Source: an uncultured Verrucomicrobia subdivision 3 bacterium
Lineage (GTDB): Bacteria; Verrucomicrobiota; Verrucomicrobiia; Limisphaerales; UBA11358
Direction of reading: 5' to 3'
Assembly: GCA_903875465.1 (NCBI GenBank)
Contig: CAIQWB010000033.1
Span: 7,271 to 71,270, forward strand
Length of the DNA: 64,000 nucleotides
Shown here piece by piece: positions 18,504 through 29,444 of this stretch (positions are counted from its first letter, which is position 1; every line of letters starts with the position of its first letter). Made by a program: the position numbers and the translations under genes. The notes beneath the pieces were generated by a model. That model saw only the letters and a program-made list of their open reading frames with translations. It made no database searches and had not been told where the DNA came from.

Positions 18504-20401
18504 AACCTTCAATAACCGGGCCAACGCCAGCAACGCCACTGGCGGACGCCCCCCGTTCCGGCTGGGTCGCGAGCCGGTGCTTTTTCCGGCGTTCCCCGGC
18601 CATCCTCACTTTGGCTGGCCTGCTGGTCAGTACGGTGGATCCTTTGCCGGCGCAAAACTTCGACAAAATGTCCGGGGACCAATTGATGTCCCTGATGCGC
18701 TCCGCCCCGCAACTGGCCACCGATCAGGCGGTTGCCCCGGCGGCGACCTTTGATCCGCCTGTGATTTCCGTCGGTGCCAAGGCCGTCTATCGGGTGACCC
18801 TGCACGCACTGGATGAGGCGATCACCCGCTGGCCGGATAACACGCCGGTGGCTGCCGGCTTGGGCCTCACCCGGGGGGCCCAGGGCATGCTGTTCACCAT
18901 GGGGGCTGGCAAAATGCAGCCGGTGACCGTGGTCAACTTTCATGTGGCGGCGCCCACTGCCGGGGTCTTTGTGGTGCCATCGTATGTCATCGAAATCTAT
19001 GGCCAGCCCATTACCATCCCCGAGGCGCGGCTGCAGGTGCTGGCGGCGGACCCGGGCCTCGCCCCGTTGCGCGAACTGGTCCTGGATCCCGCCCGGACCA
19101 ATGTGTACGTGGGTGAACCGGTCCGCCTCCGGGTGCTGAGTCCTGCCGGGGAAAACCGCTCAGTGCAAATGTTGTCGCAAGTGCAATTGAACGGCGACGG
19201 GTTCATCACGGGGAAAGCCGACGTGCGCCAGCAAATTGCCCCGGTCCGCCTGCCCAGTGGCGAGACCCGCACCGCTTTTATTTATGACACCAGCCTCACC
19301 CCATTTGCCCAGGGTTCCTTAAACATCTCGGCCCAAGGGTTCACCTCTGGTAATCAGTTCGGCGGCCAGATCATCATTCAAGGGGGCGCCGTCATCCCCG
19401 CCGGACCGCCGGAATTTGCCCTGCTGGAAGCGGCTCCCGTAACCCTCAATGTAATGCCCCTGCCCAGCGCCGGCCGCTTGCCTGGGTTTATGGGGGCGAT
19501 CGGCAGCTTCACCCGGGACACGCCGCAACTCTCCGCCCTCACGGTTCAGGCGGGCGATCCCGTCAAACTATCGGTGACCATTCGCAGCCGCGCCAGTCTG
19601 TCCCATCTGGCCATGCCGCCGGCTCCGGACACCCCGGCCTGGCAGGGATTTGCGGTGGGCTCCCCCACCTTGGGTGGCAACACCGCCACCTTCACTTATA
19701 CCCTGATTCCCCAAACTGATCAAACAGCCGCCACCCCGGACATCCCTTTTAGCTATTTTGATCCGGAACAGGGGGCTTACGTGGACCTGTCCATTCCCGC
19801 CGTGCCCATCCAGGTTTTGCCTGCGGCCGTAACCGCCGCCACCAATGAACTCACCCGGGGGGCTGCTGAACCAGCACCGGCGAAAAAGCGCTCGCTCAGC
19901 GGCCTGGCCCCCACGCTGGGGACCACCGCCGGCTCCCTGGTACCCCTGCAGGAACGTGGCTGGTTCTGTCTGGTGGAAGTGGGACCGGTCTTGCTCCTGC
20001 TGGCCCTTTGGCTGGAGAGCCGTCGCCGCCAATTTTGGGAGCAACATCCCGACTTATATCGTCGGCGGGAGGCCCGCCGCGCCTTGCGCCGGGAACGCCA
20101 TACCCTGCAACAAGCCGCCCAAGCTGGCGATGCCCGGGCATTTGCCGCCAGCGCTGTGCAAGCCCTCCAAATCGCCAGTGCCCCCCATTTCCCGGCCGAG
20201 CCCCGCGCCCTGGTGTGCGGTGATGTCCTGCAATTATTGCCCGAAGCCGAACGCACCCGGGCGCCGGGCTCTGTCATTCGCCAGCTTTTCCGGGCGACCG
20301 AAGCTCAAGATTTCTCGGCCAATTCCCCTGAATTTACCCATTTGCTGGCCTTGCAATCCCCGTTGAATCAGTTGCTGGCGGAATTGGAGGCACGTTTATG
20401 A
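18497..20401 (+). CDS. BatD-like oxygen-tolerance protein
   Basis: Its size, position after BatC, beta-rich extracytoplasmic body and C-proximal TM (WFCLVEVGPVLLLLALWL) fit BatD. The start is uncertain (a GTG at 18497 overlaps the batC stop). Confidence 0.7.
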   Translation: MVKPSITGPTPATPLADAPRSGWVASRCFFRRSPAILTLAGLLVSTVDPLPAQNFDKMSGDQLMSLMRSAPQLATDQAVAPAATFDPPVISVGAKAVYRVTLHALDEAITRWPDNTPVAAGLGLTRGAQGMLFTMGAGKMQPVTVVNFHVAAPTAGVFVVPSYVIEIYGQPITIPEARLQVLAADPGLAPLRELVLDPARTNVYVGEPVRLRVLSPAGENRSVQMLSQVQLNGDGFITGKADVRQQIAPVRLPSGETRTAFIYDTSLTPFAQGSLNISAQGFTSGNQFGGQIIIQGGAVIPAGPPEFALLEAAPVTLNVMPLPSAGRLPGFMGAIGSFTRDTPQLSALTVQAGDPVKLSVTIRSRASLSHLAMPPAPDTPAWQGFAVGSPTLGGNTATFTYTLIPQTDQTAATPDIPFSYFDPEQGAYVDLSIPAVPIQVLPAAVTAATNELTRGAAEPAPAKKRSLSGLAPTLGTTAGSLVPLQERGWFCLVEVGPVLLLLALWLESRRRQFWEQHPDLYRRREARRALRRERHTLQQAAQAGDARAFAASAVQALQIASAPHFPAEPRALVCGDVLQLLPEAERTRAPGSVIRQLFRATEAQDFSANSPEFTHLLALQSPLNQLLAELEARL

Positions 20402-21141
20402 ATCTGTGGCGACTAACCCTGTGGGGATTCCTGCTACTGCTCGTTCGGCCAGTGCTGGCAGACCGCCAAGAGCTTGCCGAATCCTCCTTTCAAGCGGGCG
20501 TGGCCGCCTATCGCGGCGGTGATTTTAGTGCCGCCGCCCGGGCATTTGAGAATTCCGCCGGGGCGCGCGCCGCCGCCGGCACCTACCAAAACCTGGGAAA
20601 TGCCGAGTGGCAGGCGGGCCGGGTTGGTCCGGCGATTTTGGCCTGGGAACGAGCCCTCTGGCTGGCCCCCGCCATCACGGAAGCCCGGGAAAATTTACAA
20701 CTGGCGCGGGATACCGCCCAATTAGCCGCCCCGGAGTTGACGTGGTATGAAGTGATTTCCACCTGGCTGCCGTCGGGTTGGTGGGCCATCATCACCGCGT
20801 TGAGTTTATGGCTGGTCGCCGACCTGCTGGTTCTGCCCGGCATCTTTCGCCGCCGCCGCGCCGGCTGGCAGCAGGCCCTGGCGGCCTTGGGCTTGACCCT
20901 GTTGCTCCTCACGCTCCCCGCCCACGCAGGCTGGCACACCCGTTCCAATATTGGTTTTGTAATGGAAGGCAATCTGCCATTGCGCCTGACCCCCACGGAG
21001 CAAGCGCAGGAAATCACCCGGGTGGGTGCCGGCGAACCCGGCCGTTGCGAACGCCGCTATGGCAACTATTGTTTCGTGCGCTTCCGCAATACCGCCGGAT
21101 GGCTGACGCGGGAGGAATTCAAATTGATTAGCGGCCGGTAA
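20398..21141 (+). CDS. TPR + SH3-like protein BatE-like
   Basis: ATGA overlap upstream, with a signal peptide and TPR segments (FQAGVAAYRGGDFSAAARAFE; YQNLGNAEWQAGRVGPAILAWERAL). Two TM helices and a C-terminal SH3-like segment are present. Confidence 0.65.
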   Translation: MNLWRLTLWGFLLLLVRPVLADRQELAESSFQAGVAAYRGGDFSAAARAFENSAGARAAAGTYQNLGNAEWQAGRVGPAILAWERALWLAPAITEARENLQLARDTAQLAAPELTWYEVISTWLPSGWWAIITALSLWLVADLLVLPGIFRRRRAGWQQALAALGLTLLLLTLPAHAGWHTRSNIGFVMEGNLPLRLTPTEQAQEITRVGAGEPGRCERRYGNYCFVRFRNTAGWLTREEFKLISGR

Positions 21142-21142
21142 A

Positions 21143-22021
21143 TTACCAAGTCACCTGCTTGAGATAACTGATGTGCCGGGGCATTTGCTCCAGCACCGCT
21201 TGGGATTCATCCTCGATAAAATACCATTTCACCCCGACCGCCTGGGCGGCTTTGAGCACTGCTGGCCAGTCCGTTTGGCCGGTGCCGAGGACCACGTCAT
21301 TGTTTGGATCCGTGCCCCCGGAGAGGTTGCCCGCCACGCCCTTGCGCAGATCTTTCAAATGCATCAGTTTCCAGCGCGCCCCATACTTGGTCAGCAATTT
21401 TACCGGATCCTGACTGGGAAAAACCACCCACATGACGTCCATTTCAAAACTCACGTGGCGCGGGTCGGTTTCGTGCATCAGCAGATCAAAGAGCGTGCCA
21501 TCCGCATAAGGCTGGAATTCATAACCATGGGAGTGATAATAAAACTGGATGCCGTGGCGGGCCAGCACCTCGCCTGCATGATTGAAAACGGCCGCGGCCT
21601 CCCGGCAGGTTTTTTCATCAAAATCTCCGTTATGGGGAATCCAGGGGCAGCCGGCATATTGCATCCCCAAGGTTTTGGCCTCAGCCGCCACTCCTTCGGG
21701 ATCATTCTTGAACCGGTCGTAGGGAAAATGACCGGCGATGGCTGTCAAGCCCCGGGCTTCGAGCAGCGTATGAAATTGCGCGGGCGTCTGGCCATAGGTG
21801 CCCGCCAGTTCCACCTTGCCAAAGCCCAAGCTTTTGGTCCGGTCGAGGGTGCCCGGCACATCCTTGTTGAAACTTTCCCGCAGGCTGTAAAGCTGCAAAC
21901 CCAGGGGCCCTTTGAAGGATCCGGTCTGGGCGGTCGGGTTGGGGTCAGCAATCAGGTTTTGGGTGCAAACCGTGACGGCCGCCAGCCCCAAGGAAATGGT
22001 CAAACGCAGCAAAGTGGTCAT
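21143..22021 (-). CDS. Secreted sugar phosphate isomerase/epimerase (xylose isomerase-like TIM barrel)
   Basis: The ATG at 22021 gives a signal peptide (MTTLLRLTISLGLAAVTVCTQ). AP-endonuclease-2/TIM-barrel-like segments are present (GFGKVELAG, YYHSHGYEF, MDVMWV). The ORF-track extension to 22249 overlaps the PEP-CTERM gene. Confidence 0.8.
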   Translation of the reverse strand: MTTLLRLTISLGLAAVTVCTQNLIADPNPTAQTGSFKGPLGLQLYSLRESFNKDVPGTLDRTKSLGFGKVELAGTYGQTPAQFHTLLEARGLTAIAGHFPYDRFKNDPEGVAAEAKTLGMQYAGCPWIPHNGDFDEKTCREAAAVFNHAGEVLARHGIQFYYHSHGYEFQPYADGTLFDLLMHETDPRHVSFEMDVMWVVFPSQDPVKLLTKYGARWKLMHLKDLRKGVAGNLSGGTDPNNDVVLGTGQTDWPAVLKAAQAVGVKWYFIEDESQAVLEQMPRHISYLKQVTW

Positions 22022-22161
22022 GGGGGATAAACTAGCCGCTTTTGCCCATCCGTCAAACCAACAATTCCCTGTCCGACCCGAAATAGCCGCGGCCATCAGC
22101 GATAAAAAACAAACCGCGCCAGTCGCAAGACTTGGCGCGGATGGAATAGTATCCGTTTGAA

Positions 22162-22518
22162 TCAGAGGGGGCGACGGCTCAGACGCACCAAAATAGCCGC
22201 CAAGCCAACCCCAATCAGAGTCATGGAAGCCGGTTCCGGCACGGGACACACTGCTGCCATTGCCAGCGCTGTTCGGTCTGACCCAGCCCCCACGGGGGCA
22301 GAAGCCGGGCTAAACTTAACGGTAAAGCTGACTGCGTCATTCAGCAACGCCCCGCCAGCAAATGCCTGGCTTTCACTCGTGACCGCACCATTGATATTCA
22401 AGCCGGTCCCCACCGCCGGACGATCGAGATCAGAAAGCCCAACGGCACCAGCCTGCGTTTGTGCCACGGAGGACACAGCAGTTATTAGGATTCCCAACGC
22501 GAGATTTTTTAATTTCAT
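22162..22518 (-). CDS. PEP-CTERM sorting-domain protein (118 aa)
   Basis: Signal peptide MKLKNLALGILITAVSSVAQTQA. The C-terminal VPEPASMTLIGVGLAAILVRLSRR segment is a PEP motif, a TM helix and a basic tail. Confidence 0.75.
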   Translation of the reverse strand: MKLKNLALGILITAVSSVAQTQAGAVGLSDLDRPAVGTGLNINGAVTSESQAFAGGALLNDAVSFTVKFSPASAPVGAGSDRTALAMAAVCPVPEPASMTLIGVGLAAILVRLSRRPL

Positions 22519-22662
22519 GTGTTAAGTAAATGACAACCTTGAATGTTATCTACTGGCCACATCTTGTCATGATCCGTCGGATGGGACAATCAATTTCTTT
22601 AATTTTTTCAAATCAAGATTGCGACCCATGCATTTTGTTAATGCAAGCGCCTGGGTTGGCCC

Positions 22663-22723
22663 GGGGCCGGGCCGGCCCCGGCCCCGCGGGGGATCCGGCA
22701 CCGCCAGCCTTTGCCCGGTGCCG
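22663..22723 (-). terminator. GC-rich hairpins downstream of pckG (possible terminator, no U-tract)
   Basis: GGGGCCGG-7nt-CCGGCCCC lies at 22663-22685 and CGGCACC-14nt-GGTGCCG at 22696-22723. Both sit immediately 3' of the pckG stop at 22735. Confidence 0.35.
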
Positions 22724-22734
22724 TTTCCCGCGGA

Positions 22735-24537
22735 TTAAAGCCGCGACACCAGCAGTTCACGCTGGAAGATCATCTCTTTGGGCAGGCGTTCGTAGAGCTT
22801 GAAGAACAATTCGTCCTGCAACAGCAGCTCTCGGTACCACTCCTCCCGGTCAATCTTTTGTACTTCATCGAACTCCTTCTCCCCGAAACCAGCCAGTCCG
22901 GTGGTGTTAAAGTCTTTAAACTTCGGAGCCCAGCCCACGGCGGTTTCATTAGCCCCGGCATGGCCGGCGCACCGCTCGAAAATCCAGTTTAACACCCGCA
23001 TGTTGTCACTGTATCCCGGCCAGAGGAATTTCCCCTCCTTGTCCTTGCGGAACCAATTCACCGTGAAAATCAGCGGCGGAAACTTGATCAGTTTCCGCAT
23101 GTTGAGCCAGTGCCGGAAATAGAGACTCATATTGTAACCGCAGAAGGGCAGCATGGCCATCGGATCGCGGCGCACCTGGCCGGCCACGCCCACGGCTGCG
23201 GCCGTGGTCTCGGATCCCATGGTCGCACCGATATAGACCCCATGGCTCCAGTTGAAAGCCTGAACCACCAAGGGCATGGTCGTCGCCCGGCGGCCACCAA
23301 AGATGATGGCGCTGACCGGCACCCCGGCCGGGTCATTCACGGCGGCATCCAGTGCGGGATTGTTCAGGCTGGGGGCCGTGAACCGGCTGTTCGGATGCGC
23401 GGCTTTTTCCTTGGACGCCGGGGTCCAGGGATTGCCTTTCCAATCCAGGCATTCGGCCGGGGCGGGATCATCATGCCCTTCCCACCAGACCGTGCCATCC
23501 GGCTTGAGGGCCACATTCGTATAAATCGTATCGCGCGCGATGGTGGTCATCGCATTGGGGTTGGTTTTGCGATTTGTGCCCGGAGCCACGCCAAAATATC
23601 CATTCTCCGGGTTGATGGCGTAAAGCCGTCCATCGGGGCCGGGCTTCATCCACGCGATATCATCACCAATGGTCGTGATTTTCCAACCCGCGAATTGGGG
23701 GGGGGGAATCAGCATCGCAAAATTGGTTTTGCCGCAGGCGCTCGGGAAGGCGGCCGCCACATACATTTTTTCGCCCGTCGGCGCTTCCACGCCCAGCAGG
23801 AGCATGTGCTCCGCCATCCAGCCCTGATCGCGGCCCAGGTAGCTGCCAATGCGCAAAGCCAGGCATTTTTTGCCCAGCAAGACATTGCCGCCGTAACCAG
23901 AACCAACGGAGATAATGGTATTGTCCTTGGGAAAATGCACAATAAACCGCCGGTCCGGATTCAAATCGAGCATGGAATGCACGCCCCGGTTAAATTCATC
24001 GCTGGCACCCAGTTGTTCCAAGGCCACTTTGCCGATGCGGGCCATGATGCGCATGTTGAGCACAACGTAGATCGAATCGGTGATCTCCACCCCCACCTTG
24101 GTCATGGGTGATCCCGGCGGCCCCATGAGGTAGGGTATGACGAACATGGTGCGGCCGATCATGGAACCGGCCAGCATGCCTTTGAGCTTGGCGTACATCT
24201 CCGCCGGCGGGGCCCAATTATTGGTCGGACCGGCATCCTCCTGGCTGTCGGTGCAGATAAAGGTGCATTGCTCCACGCGGGCCACATCGTTGGGATTGGA
24301 ACGGTGGTAGTAGCAACCGGGGAGCTTCTCCTGGTTCAGTTTGACCAGCACGCCTTGGGCGACGGCTTGTTCCGTGAGATATTCCTTTTCCACCTCGGAC
24401 CCGTCACACCAAAAAATAGAGTCGGGTTTGGTCAGGGCGGCCGTTTCGACCACCCATTTGGACAAGACGGCGTTGTTCGGATGATGACCGCCCAATCCCT
24501 TGGGGGTGTTCTTCAATTCAGAGGCTATCGTGCTCAT
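22735..24537 (-). CDS. pckG: Phosphoenolpyruvate carboxykinase (GTP)
   Basis: 600 aa with GTP-PEPCK signature segments ([34 protein letters not shown]). Confidence 0.95.
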   Translation of the reverse strand: MSTIASELKNTPKGLGGHHPNNAVLSKWVVETAALTKPDSIFWCDGSEVEKEYLTEQAVAQGVLVKLNQEKLPGCYYHRSNPNDVARVEQCTFICTDSQEDAGPTNNWAPPAEMYAKLKGMLAGSMIGRTMFVIPYLMGPPGSPMTKVGVEITDSIYVVLNMRIMARIGKVALEQLGASDEFNRGVHSMLDLNPDRRFIVHFPKDNTIISVGSGYGGNVLLGKKCLALRIGSYLGRDQGWMAEHMLLLGVEAPTGEKMYVAAAFPSACGKTNFAMLIPPPQFAGWKITTIGDDIAWMKPGPDGRLYAINPENGYFGVAPGTNRKTNPNAMTTIARDTIYTNVALKPDGTVWWEGHDDPAPAECLDWKGNPWTPASKEKAAHPNSRFTAPSLNNPALDAAVNDPAGVPVSAIIFGGRRATTMPLVVQAFNWSHGVYIGATMGSETTAAAVGVAGQVRRDPMAMLPFCGYNMSLYFRHWLNMRKLIKFPPLIFTVNWFRKDKEGKFLWPGYSDNMRVLNWIFERCAGHAGANETAVGWAPKFKDFNTTGLAGFGEKEFDEVQKIDREEWYRELLLQDELFFKLYERLPKEMIFQRELLVSRL

Positions 24538-24928
24538 GACTGCATGTTAATATGCGGGGGACGGTTTACAAGCAACAGGCTTGAAAAAAGCTATACTTAT
24601 TTTGCCTCGATTATTAAATAGTTTTTATTATTTCTCCAAACACCGCCGGACCACGCTCTGCAAACGGCTTGTATAATACCACTTTCATTGCAATGGCGAC
24701 CGGAAAACACTTGGCCTTGTGCTGGACACAGAAGGTTTCCCCCTTTTACGGCGAAAACGGGAACGTCCTGCCATCCCCGGGTCCCGGACCCTTGCTGGCC
24801 ACCGGGCAAATCACATTCCGTGTTACGCCGAATGGCTGGCAGCGGGCAAAGCCGGACCATTTTTCAAAGTACTTTGCAGAAATTCACAACCAATTTTGAA
24901 ATGGTTCATGTTAACTTTTTGGCAACCC

Positions 24929-25843
24929 ATGCGAATTATGTACTCATGCCCAGAATGGAAAACTGGCCAGGCCCAGCGCCGGCCGGCTTATGAAACTCTT
25001 GAAACCCGCGGTTTTACCCTGATTGAACTGCTGGTGGTCATCGCCATCATCGCCATTTTGGCGGCGATGCTCCTGCCCGCCCTGGCCAATGCCAAGCGCA
25101 AGGCCTATACGATCAATTGCGTGTCCAACATGAAGCAGAGCTCCCTGGCCCTGCAAATGTATTTTAATGATTTTCGGGACAACCTGCCGCCCGGCCGGGG
25201 GGCCCGGAATCCGCCCGGACCCGGGGTAAATTACGGCCTCACCGATGGGCAGATTCCAGTGTACAATGGCGCTCCGTCCGGTCCGTGCGTCAAAAACCTG
25301 CCGATTTACTTGCAACCCTATCTGGGACTCGCCGATCCGCGCAGTGTGGGCACGACCTCTAATGCCGTGGTCAAAGTCTTCATTTGTCCGGCCTATACCA
25401 GCATTTGGTCGCCGGGTGCCATCAATTTGGGCAACACCCTGGTGAACCCCAATGATGACAATTACCAGTCTTATGTCAAAAATGGCAATGCCACAGGTTC
25501 TTACGCCTTGAATCTGGCTTCGAAGAATACCACCAACGGCCTGTTGATCAATGTGGCTTTTCCCTTGGGCAACACCCGGGGTTCGGGTGGTTCCGAGGCG
25601 GGTCCCCAGCCGTTTGGCAAAGAAAACACCTATGAACCTCTGAATTTGGGCCAGATCGCCTCGGCTGGCGTCTCCCTGGCTTCGTTCTGGTCCCTGGCGG
25701 ATGTCGATATGACCGCCAGTTCCGCCATGGACAAAGCAGGGTGCGCCATCAACCCGGTGCATCGAACCGTGCGTTGCTATGCTTATTTCGACGGTCATTC
25801 CGCCAGTGGCAAAGTAGTGGGTAACGGAACCTATGATCAATAA
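24929..25843 (+). CDS. Prepilin-type N-terminal cleavage/methylation domain protein with C-terminal H-X9-DG motif (pseudopilin-like)
   Basis: [25 protein letters not shown] class-III signal segment, and a C-terminal [13 protein letters not shown] (H-x9-DG). The start could be the ATG at 24929 or at 24938; the ORF-track start at 24719 is unlikely. Confidence 0.8.
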   Translation: MRIMYSCPEWKTGQAQRRPAYETLETRGFTLIELLVVIAIIAILAAMLLPALANAKRKAYTINCVSNMKQSSLALQMYFNDFRDNLPPGRGARNPPGPGVNYGLTDGQIPVYNGAPSGPCVKNLPIYLQPYLGLADPRSVGTTSNAVVKVFICPAYTSIWSPGAINLGNTLVNPNDDNYQSYVKNGNATGSYALNLASKNTTNGLLINVAFPLGNTRGSGGSEAGPQPFGKENTYEPLNLGQIASAGVSLASFWSLADVDMTASSAMDKAGCAINPVHRTVRCYAYFDGHSASGKVVGNGTYDQ

Positions 25844-25908
25844 ATGGCCGGCTGCCCGGCAATCCTGACGACTTCAATCTAATCTTACCAATCCCAAACT
25901 AGTTAATT

Positions 25909-28900
25909 ATGCAAAAATTGAGTTTATTGGCGCTGGCTTGCGCCGCGCCTTTGTCCGTCCTGGGCCAGACGGCGGTATTTACCGACACCTTCACCAACGG
26001 CAGCACCTTTAATGGCGTGAGCACCCCCGGCGGCACGCCCGCGGTTTCATCGACCAGTTACGACTTTTCCTCCAGTAAAACGGGGGTGCAAACCCTGAAC
26101 AGCAATGGGCTGACGTTCAGCCTGTCCGGGGCCACCACCAGTGGTTTTATCGAGGGCCAGGCGCTCTTTACCCTCACCCCGGTGGCACTGACCACGGTGG
26201 GCGATTATATTGATCTGACGTATGTGTTCACCGGCACGAATCTCCTGGCGGGGGGCACCAGTTCTTCCATTTTTACCGGCTTGTATAATTCCGGCGGCGC
26301 CAAGCCCGTGGCCGGCACGGCGGGCACCTCCGGCAACGCCGTGACCTTGAACACCACCGCCGGCTCGTCGGTGGCCACCGGCAACGCGGCGAACTGGCAG
26401 GGTTATGTGGCCCGCCTCGCCTATACGGGTGGCTCGGGCTTGGTTTACACCCGGCCCATTCAGAATGGGGCGCTCACCGGCTCCGCCAACCAGGACTTGA
26501 TTGGCAATAATTTCGGCGGCGGGGCGTATAACAATCCGGCGGGAAGTTTGGTGGGGAGCGCCGTGCCTTCCACGGTGACGCTGACCAATGGCACCCCCTA
26601 CCCTTACACCATGGACTACCGGCTGACCCTGTCCGATGTCAATGTGCTGACCATCACGGAAAACCTCTACGGCGGCGCGGGCACGAATGGCACCCTGCTC
26701 TTCAGCCTCAGCGCCGTGACCACGACGGACCTGCTGACCAATTCGTTTGACGGTCTGGCCATTGGGATTCGCAACAGTGGCACGAGTTTTAACCCCGTCA
26801 TGCAACTGCACCAACTGGCGGTGACCAAGAGCATTTACGGAACCCCCGGCCCCAGCTTCAACGTCACCGGCGGGGGCGCGGGCTGCCCGGGCGACGGATT
26901 CCTGGTGGGTTTGAACGGCTCGGTGACCACCAACGTTTATTATTTGTACACCAATGGCGTTTATGATGCCGCCGTGCCGCCGCAAACCGGCAACAACGGC
27001 CCGCTGAGTTTTGGCGCGCTTTCAGTGGTGGGCACCAACACCGTCCTGGCGAGCAATGTCCTGAGCGGCTTCACCGCGTTCATGAGTGGGGCGGCGGTCA
27101 TTTCCATTTTACCCGGTCCGGCCATCGCCACCCAGCCGGCTTCAGTCATTGTCGCCAACAATTATGCGGCCACGTTTACCGTGGGCACGGCCAGCCCCGG
27201 CAGCTATAATTACCAATGGTACAAAAACGGGGTGGCGCTGGTGGATGGCGGCCATGTGTCCGGCTCCCGCACCGCGACCCTGACCATTTTTCCGGCCACG
27301 GCGGCCGACGCGGCCACCTCCGCCAACGGCTATTCTGTAAGCGTGGCGAATGGGTGCGGCCTGACGGCCACCTCCAGCCCGCTGGCCGCCCTGACCATTG
27401 GCACCCCCGCCAACCTGGTCTGGGCGGGCGGCAATCCCAACAACAGTTGGGACATGGCCACCACTCCGAATTTCGTGAACAGTTCATTGGCCCCGGTGGT
27501 GTTTCATTCCGGCGACAAAGTCACGCTGGATGATTCCTCGGGCTATCCCACCTTGACCTTGGTCGGGACTAACCTGGATCCGACCCTCCTGACGGATAGC
27601 GCCAGCCAGCCCTATGTGATTTGGGGCAGCGGTGCCCTCGCCGGGCCGACCGCGCTCCTGATGAACGGCTTGGGCACGTTGACCGTGAGCAATGTGAACA
27701 CCTATACCGGCGGGACCACTATTAACAGTGGGATAGTCGCCATCGCGGCGGGCAACCAGCAATCCCTCGGCAGCGGCGTAATCACCCTGGCCGGTGGCGA
27801 ATTACAGACCATCGCGGCCTCGGGCAGCACCACCGGCGTGAGCAACAACATCAATGTGACCGCCAACAGCACCCTCCAATACAACGGCGCCGGCACTTAC
27901 GCGCTCGTCCTCGCCGGGGCCATCAATGGCTCGCCCTCCGCGGTGCTGAACATCCAGAATTATTTGAACAACAGCGCCAATTCCGATCGCGTGCGCCTTT
28001 ATGCGGCATTTACCAACAATGCCCAGATTTCGCTTGCCTCGGCGGGCAACACCGTGGATTTGGCACCCTACAATGCCAGTGGCAACCAGGTTTACAACAG
28101 CCTGATTTCCGGCACGGGCGGGCGGATGCTGGCGCGCGGCGCGGGCACGCTCATCTTGAACGCGGCCAACACGTTTAATGACAGTGCGGTGCTGAATAAC
28201 GGTAATGGCCCCAGCGGTTACAGCTTCATTTTTAGCGGCGGCAATGTCGGCGTGGGCGCCGATTCCGTGGCCACGGCTCCGGGCACGGTGACGGCGAGCC
28301 CCCTGGGCACCGGCAACGTGGGCATTGACACCACCCTGGGCAATAACTCCTTGTTTGCGAGTGGCGGCGCGCATGTGATCGCCAATGAATTCATCTATAC
28401 GAGCGCCACGAACTCCGTGCAGTTGAGCCTCACCGGGAGCAATAATCTGACGCTGGCCGGCCCAATCCACCTGAATGGCGCGGATAATTCCGGCGGCACC
28501 AACCGCATGATCCTGGTGAACAACACCGGGTTGACCACGATCTCCGGGGTGATGGACGACCAGGGCTTGGTTTGCGGCCTGGTCAAGACCGGCACCAACG
28601 CCCTCTATCTGACGGCGACCAATACTTACACCGGCACAACGACCGTCACCAACGGCACCCTGGCGGGCACCGGCGTGATTTCCGGACCGGTCGCGGTCCT
28701 GCCCACCGGCACGATTGCCGGCGGCGGTGCCGCAGCCATCGGCACCCTGACGGTCAGCAACAACCTCACCCTCGCCGGCAATGTGGCTGTCCGCGTCAAC
28801 AAATCCCTGGCCCCCGGCCAGTCGAACGACGTCATCCGCGTCACCGGCACCCTGGCCAACACCGGCACCGGCACCGTGACGGTAACCAACCTCGGGGTCA

Positions 28901-29274
28901 CCGCCTTGAAAGTGGGCGATAAATTCCCGCTCTTCAGCGCCCCGGTGAGCGGTGGGAGCACCCTGGCCATTAACGGTGGTGGCGTGATCTGGACCAATCG
29001 ACTGGCCGTGGACGGCAGCATCGCGGTGCTGGCTTTGCCCAGCACTGTGGCCACGAATGCCACAAACCTCACTTTCACCGTGAGCAGCGGGGTCTTGACC
29101 CTGAGCTGGCCGGCGGATCATACGGGCTGGCGATTGCAAGCGCAGACCAACGCCATCAGCAAGGGCTTGAGCACGAACTGGGTGGATGTCCCGGGCGCAA
29201 CCACCGTGCACACGACCAGCTTCCCGGTTAATCCGGCGAATGGTGCGGTGTTTTATCGGATGGTTTATCCTTGA
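25909..29274 (+). CDS. Large secreted autotransporter-associated beta-strand repeat protein (1121 aa)
   Basis: Signal peptide MQKLSLLALACAAPLSVLGQ. An Ig-like module is present (YQWYKNGVAL...). Repeats of the type NTYTGGTTINSG / NTYTGTTTVTNGTLAGTG occur. The C-terminal module ends ...AVFYRMVYP. Confidence 0.8.
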   Translation: MQKLSLLALACAAPLSVLGQTAVFTDTFTNGSTFNGVSTPGGTPAVSSTSYDFSSSKTGVQTLNSNGLTFSLSGATTSGFIEGQALFTLTPVALTTVGDYIDLTYVFTGTNLLAGGTSSSIFTGLYNSGGAKPVAGTAGTSGNAVTLNTTAGSSVATGNAANWQGYVARLAYTGGSGLVYTRPIQNGALTGSANQDLIGNNFGGGAYNNPAGSLVGSAVPSTVTLTNGTPYPYTMDYRLTLSDVNVLTITENLYGGAGTNGTLLFSLSAVTTTDLLTNSFDGLAIGIRNSGTSFNPVMQLHQLAVTKSIYGTPGPSFNVTGGGAGCPGDGFLVGLNGSVTTNVYYLYTNGVYDAAVPPQTGNNGPLSFGALSVVGTNTVLASNVLSGFTAFMSGAAVISILPGPAIATQPASVIVANNYAATFTVGTASPGSYNYQWYKNGVALVDGGHVSGSRTATLTIFPATAADAATSANGYSVSVANGCGLTATSSPLAALTIGTPANLVWAGGNPNNSWDMATTPNFVNSSLAPVVFHSGDKVTLDDSSGYPTLTLVGTNLDPTLLTDSASQPYVIWGSGALAGPTALLMNGLGTLTVSNVNTYTGGTTINSGIVAIAAGNQQSLGSGVITLAGGELQTIAASGSTTGVSNNINVTANSTLQYNGAGTYALVLAGAINGSPSAVLNIQNYLNNSANSDRVRLYAAFTNNAQISLASAGNTVDLAPYNASGNQVYNSLISGTGGRMLARGAGTLILNAANTFNDSAVLNNGNGPSGYSFIFSGGNVGVGADSVATAPGTVTASPLGTGNVGIDTTLGNNSLFASGGAHVIANEFIYTSATNSVQLSLTGSNNLTLAGPIHLNGADNSGGTNRMILVNNTGLTTISGVMDDQGLVCGLVKTGTNALYLTATNTYTGTTTVTNGTLAGTGVISGPVAVLPTGTIAGGGAAAIGTLTVSNNLTLAGNVAVRVNKSLAPGQSNDVIRVTGTLANTGTGTVTVTNLGVTALKVGDKFPLFSAPVSGGSTLAINGGGVIWTNRLAVDGSIAVLALPSTVATNATNLTFTVSSGVLTLSWPADHTGWRLQAQTNAISKGLSTNWVDVPGATTVHTTSFPVNPANGAVFYRMVYP

Positions 29275-29304
29275 GCGGGTGTAATCACGATTGAATGATA
29301 CCGA

Positions 29305-29329
29305 CGGGGCTGGCGCAATGCGCCAGCCC
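29305..29329 (+). terminator. Perfect 11-bp stem hairpin after the 1121-aa gene
   Basis: GGGGCTGGCGC-AAT-GCGCCAGCCCC lies 31 nt after the stop. No U-tract follows it. Confidence 0.45.
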
Positions 29330-29444
29330 CGATAGTGCATAAAGGGAGGTGAGGCATTTCCTGGCACCAAAATCCAAACTCCCGAGAAGCTTCAACGGGT
29401 CGCCTTGACAACCGGTAACGCTGTGGGATTATCCCATTAAGAAG

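Noticed and set aside
12895-21141. Treating the MoxR-VWA operon as a novel defence or stress system
   Set aside because: The composition and order match the already described Bat aerotolerance-type operon. It is only noted as a low-interest finding.
27802-29370. 522-aa minus-strand ORF (and the 312-aa ORF at 26047-26985) antisense to the 1121-aa repeat protein
   Set aside because: Shadow ORFs of a Gly/Thr/Ala-rich gene. The plus-strand product has a signal peptide, recognisable repeats and the conserved C-terminal module.
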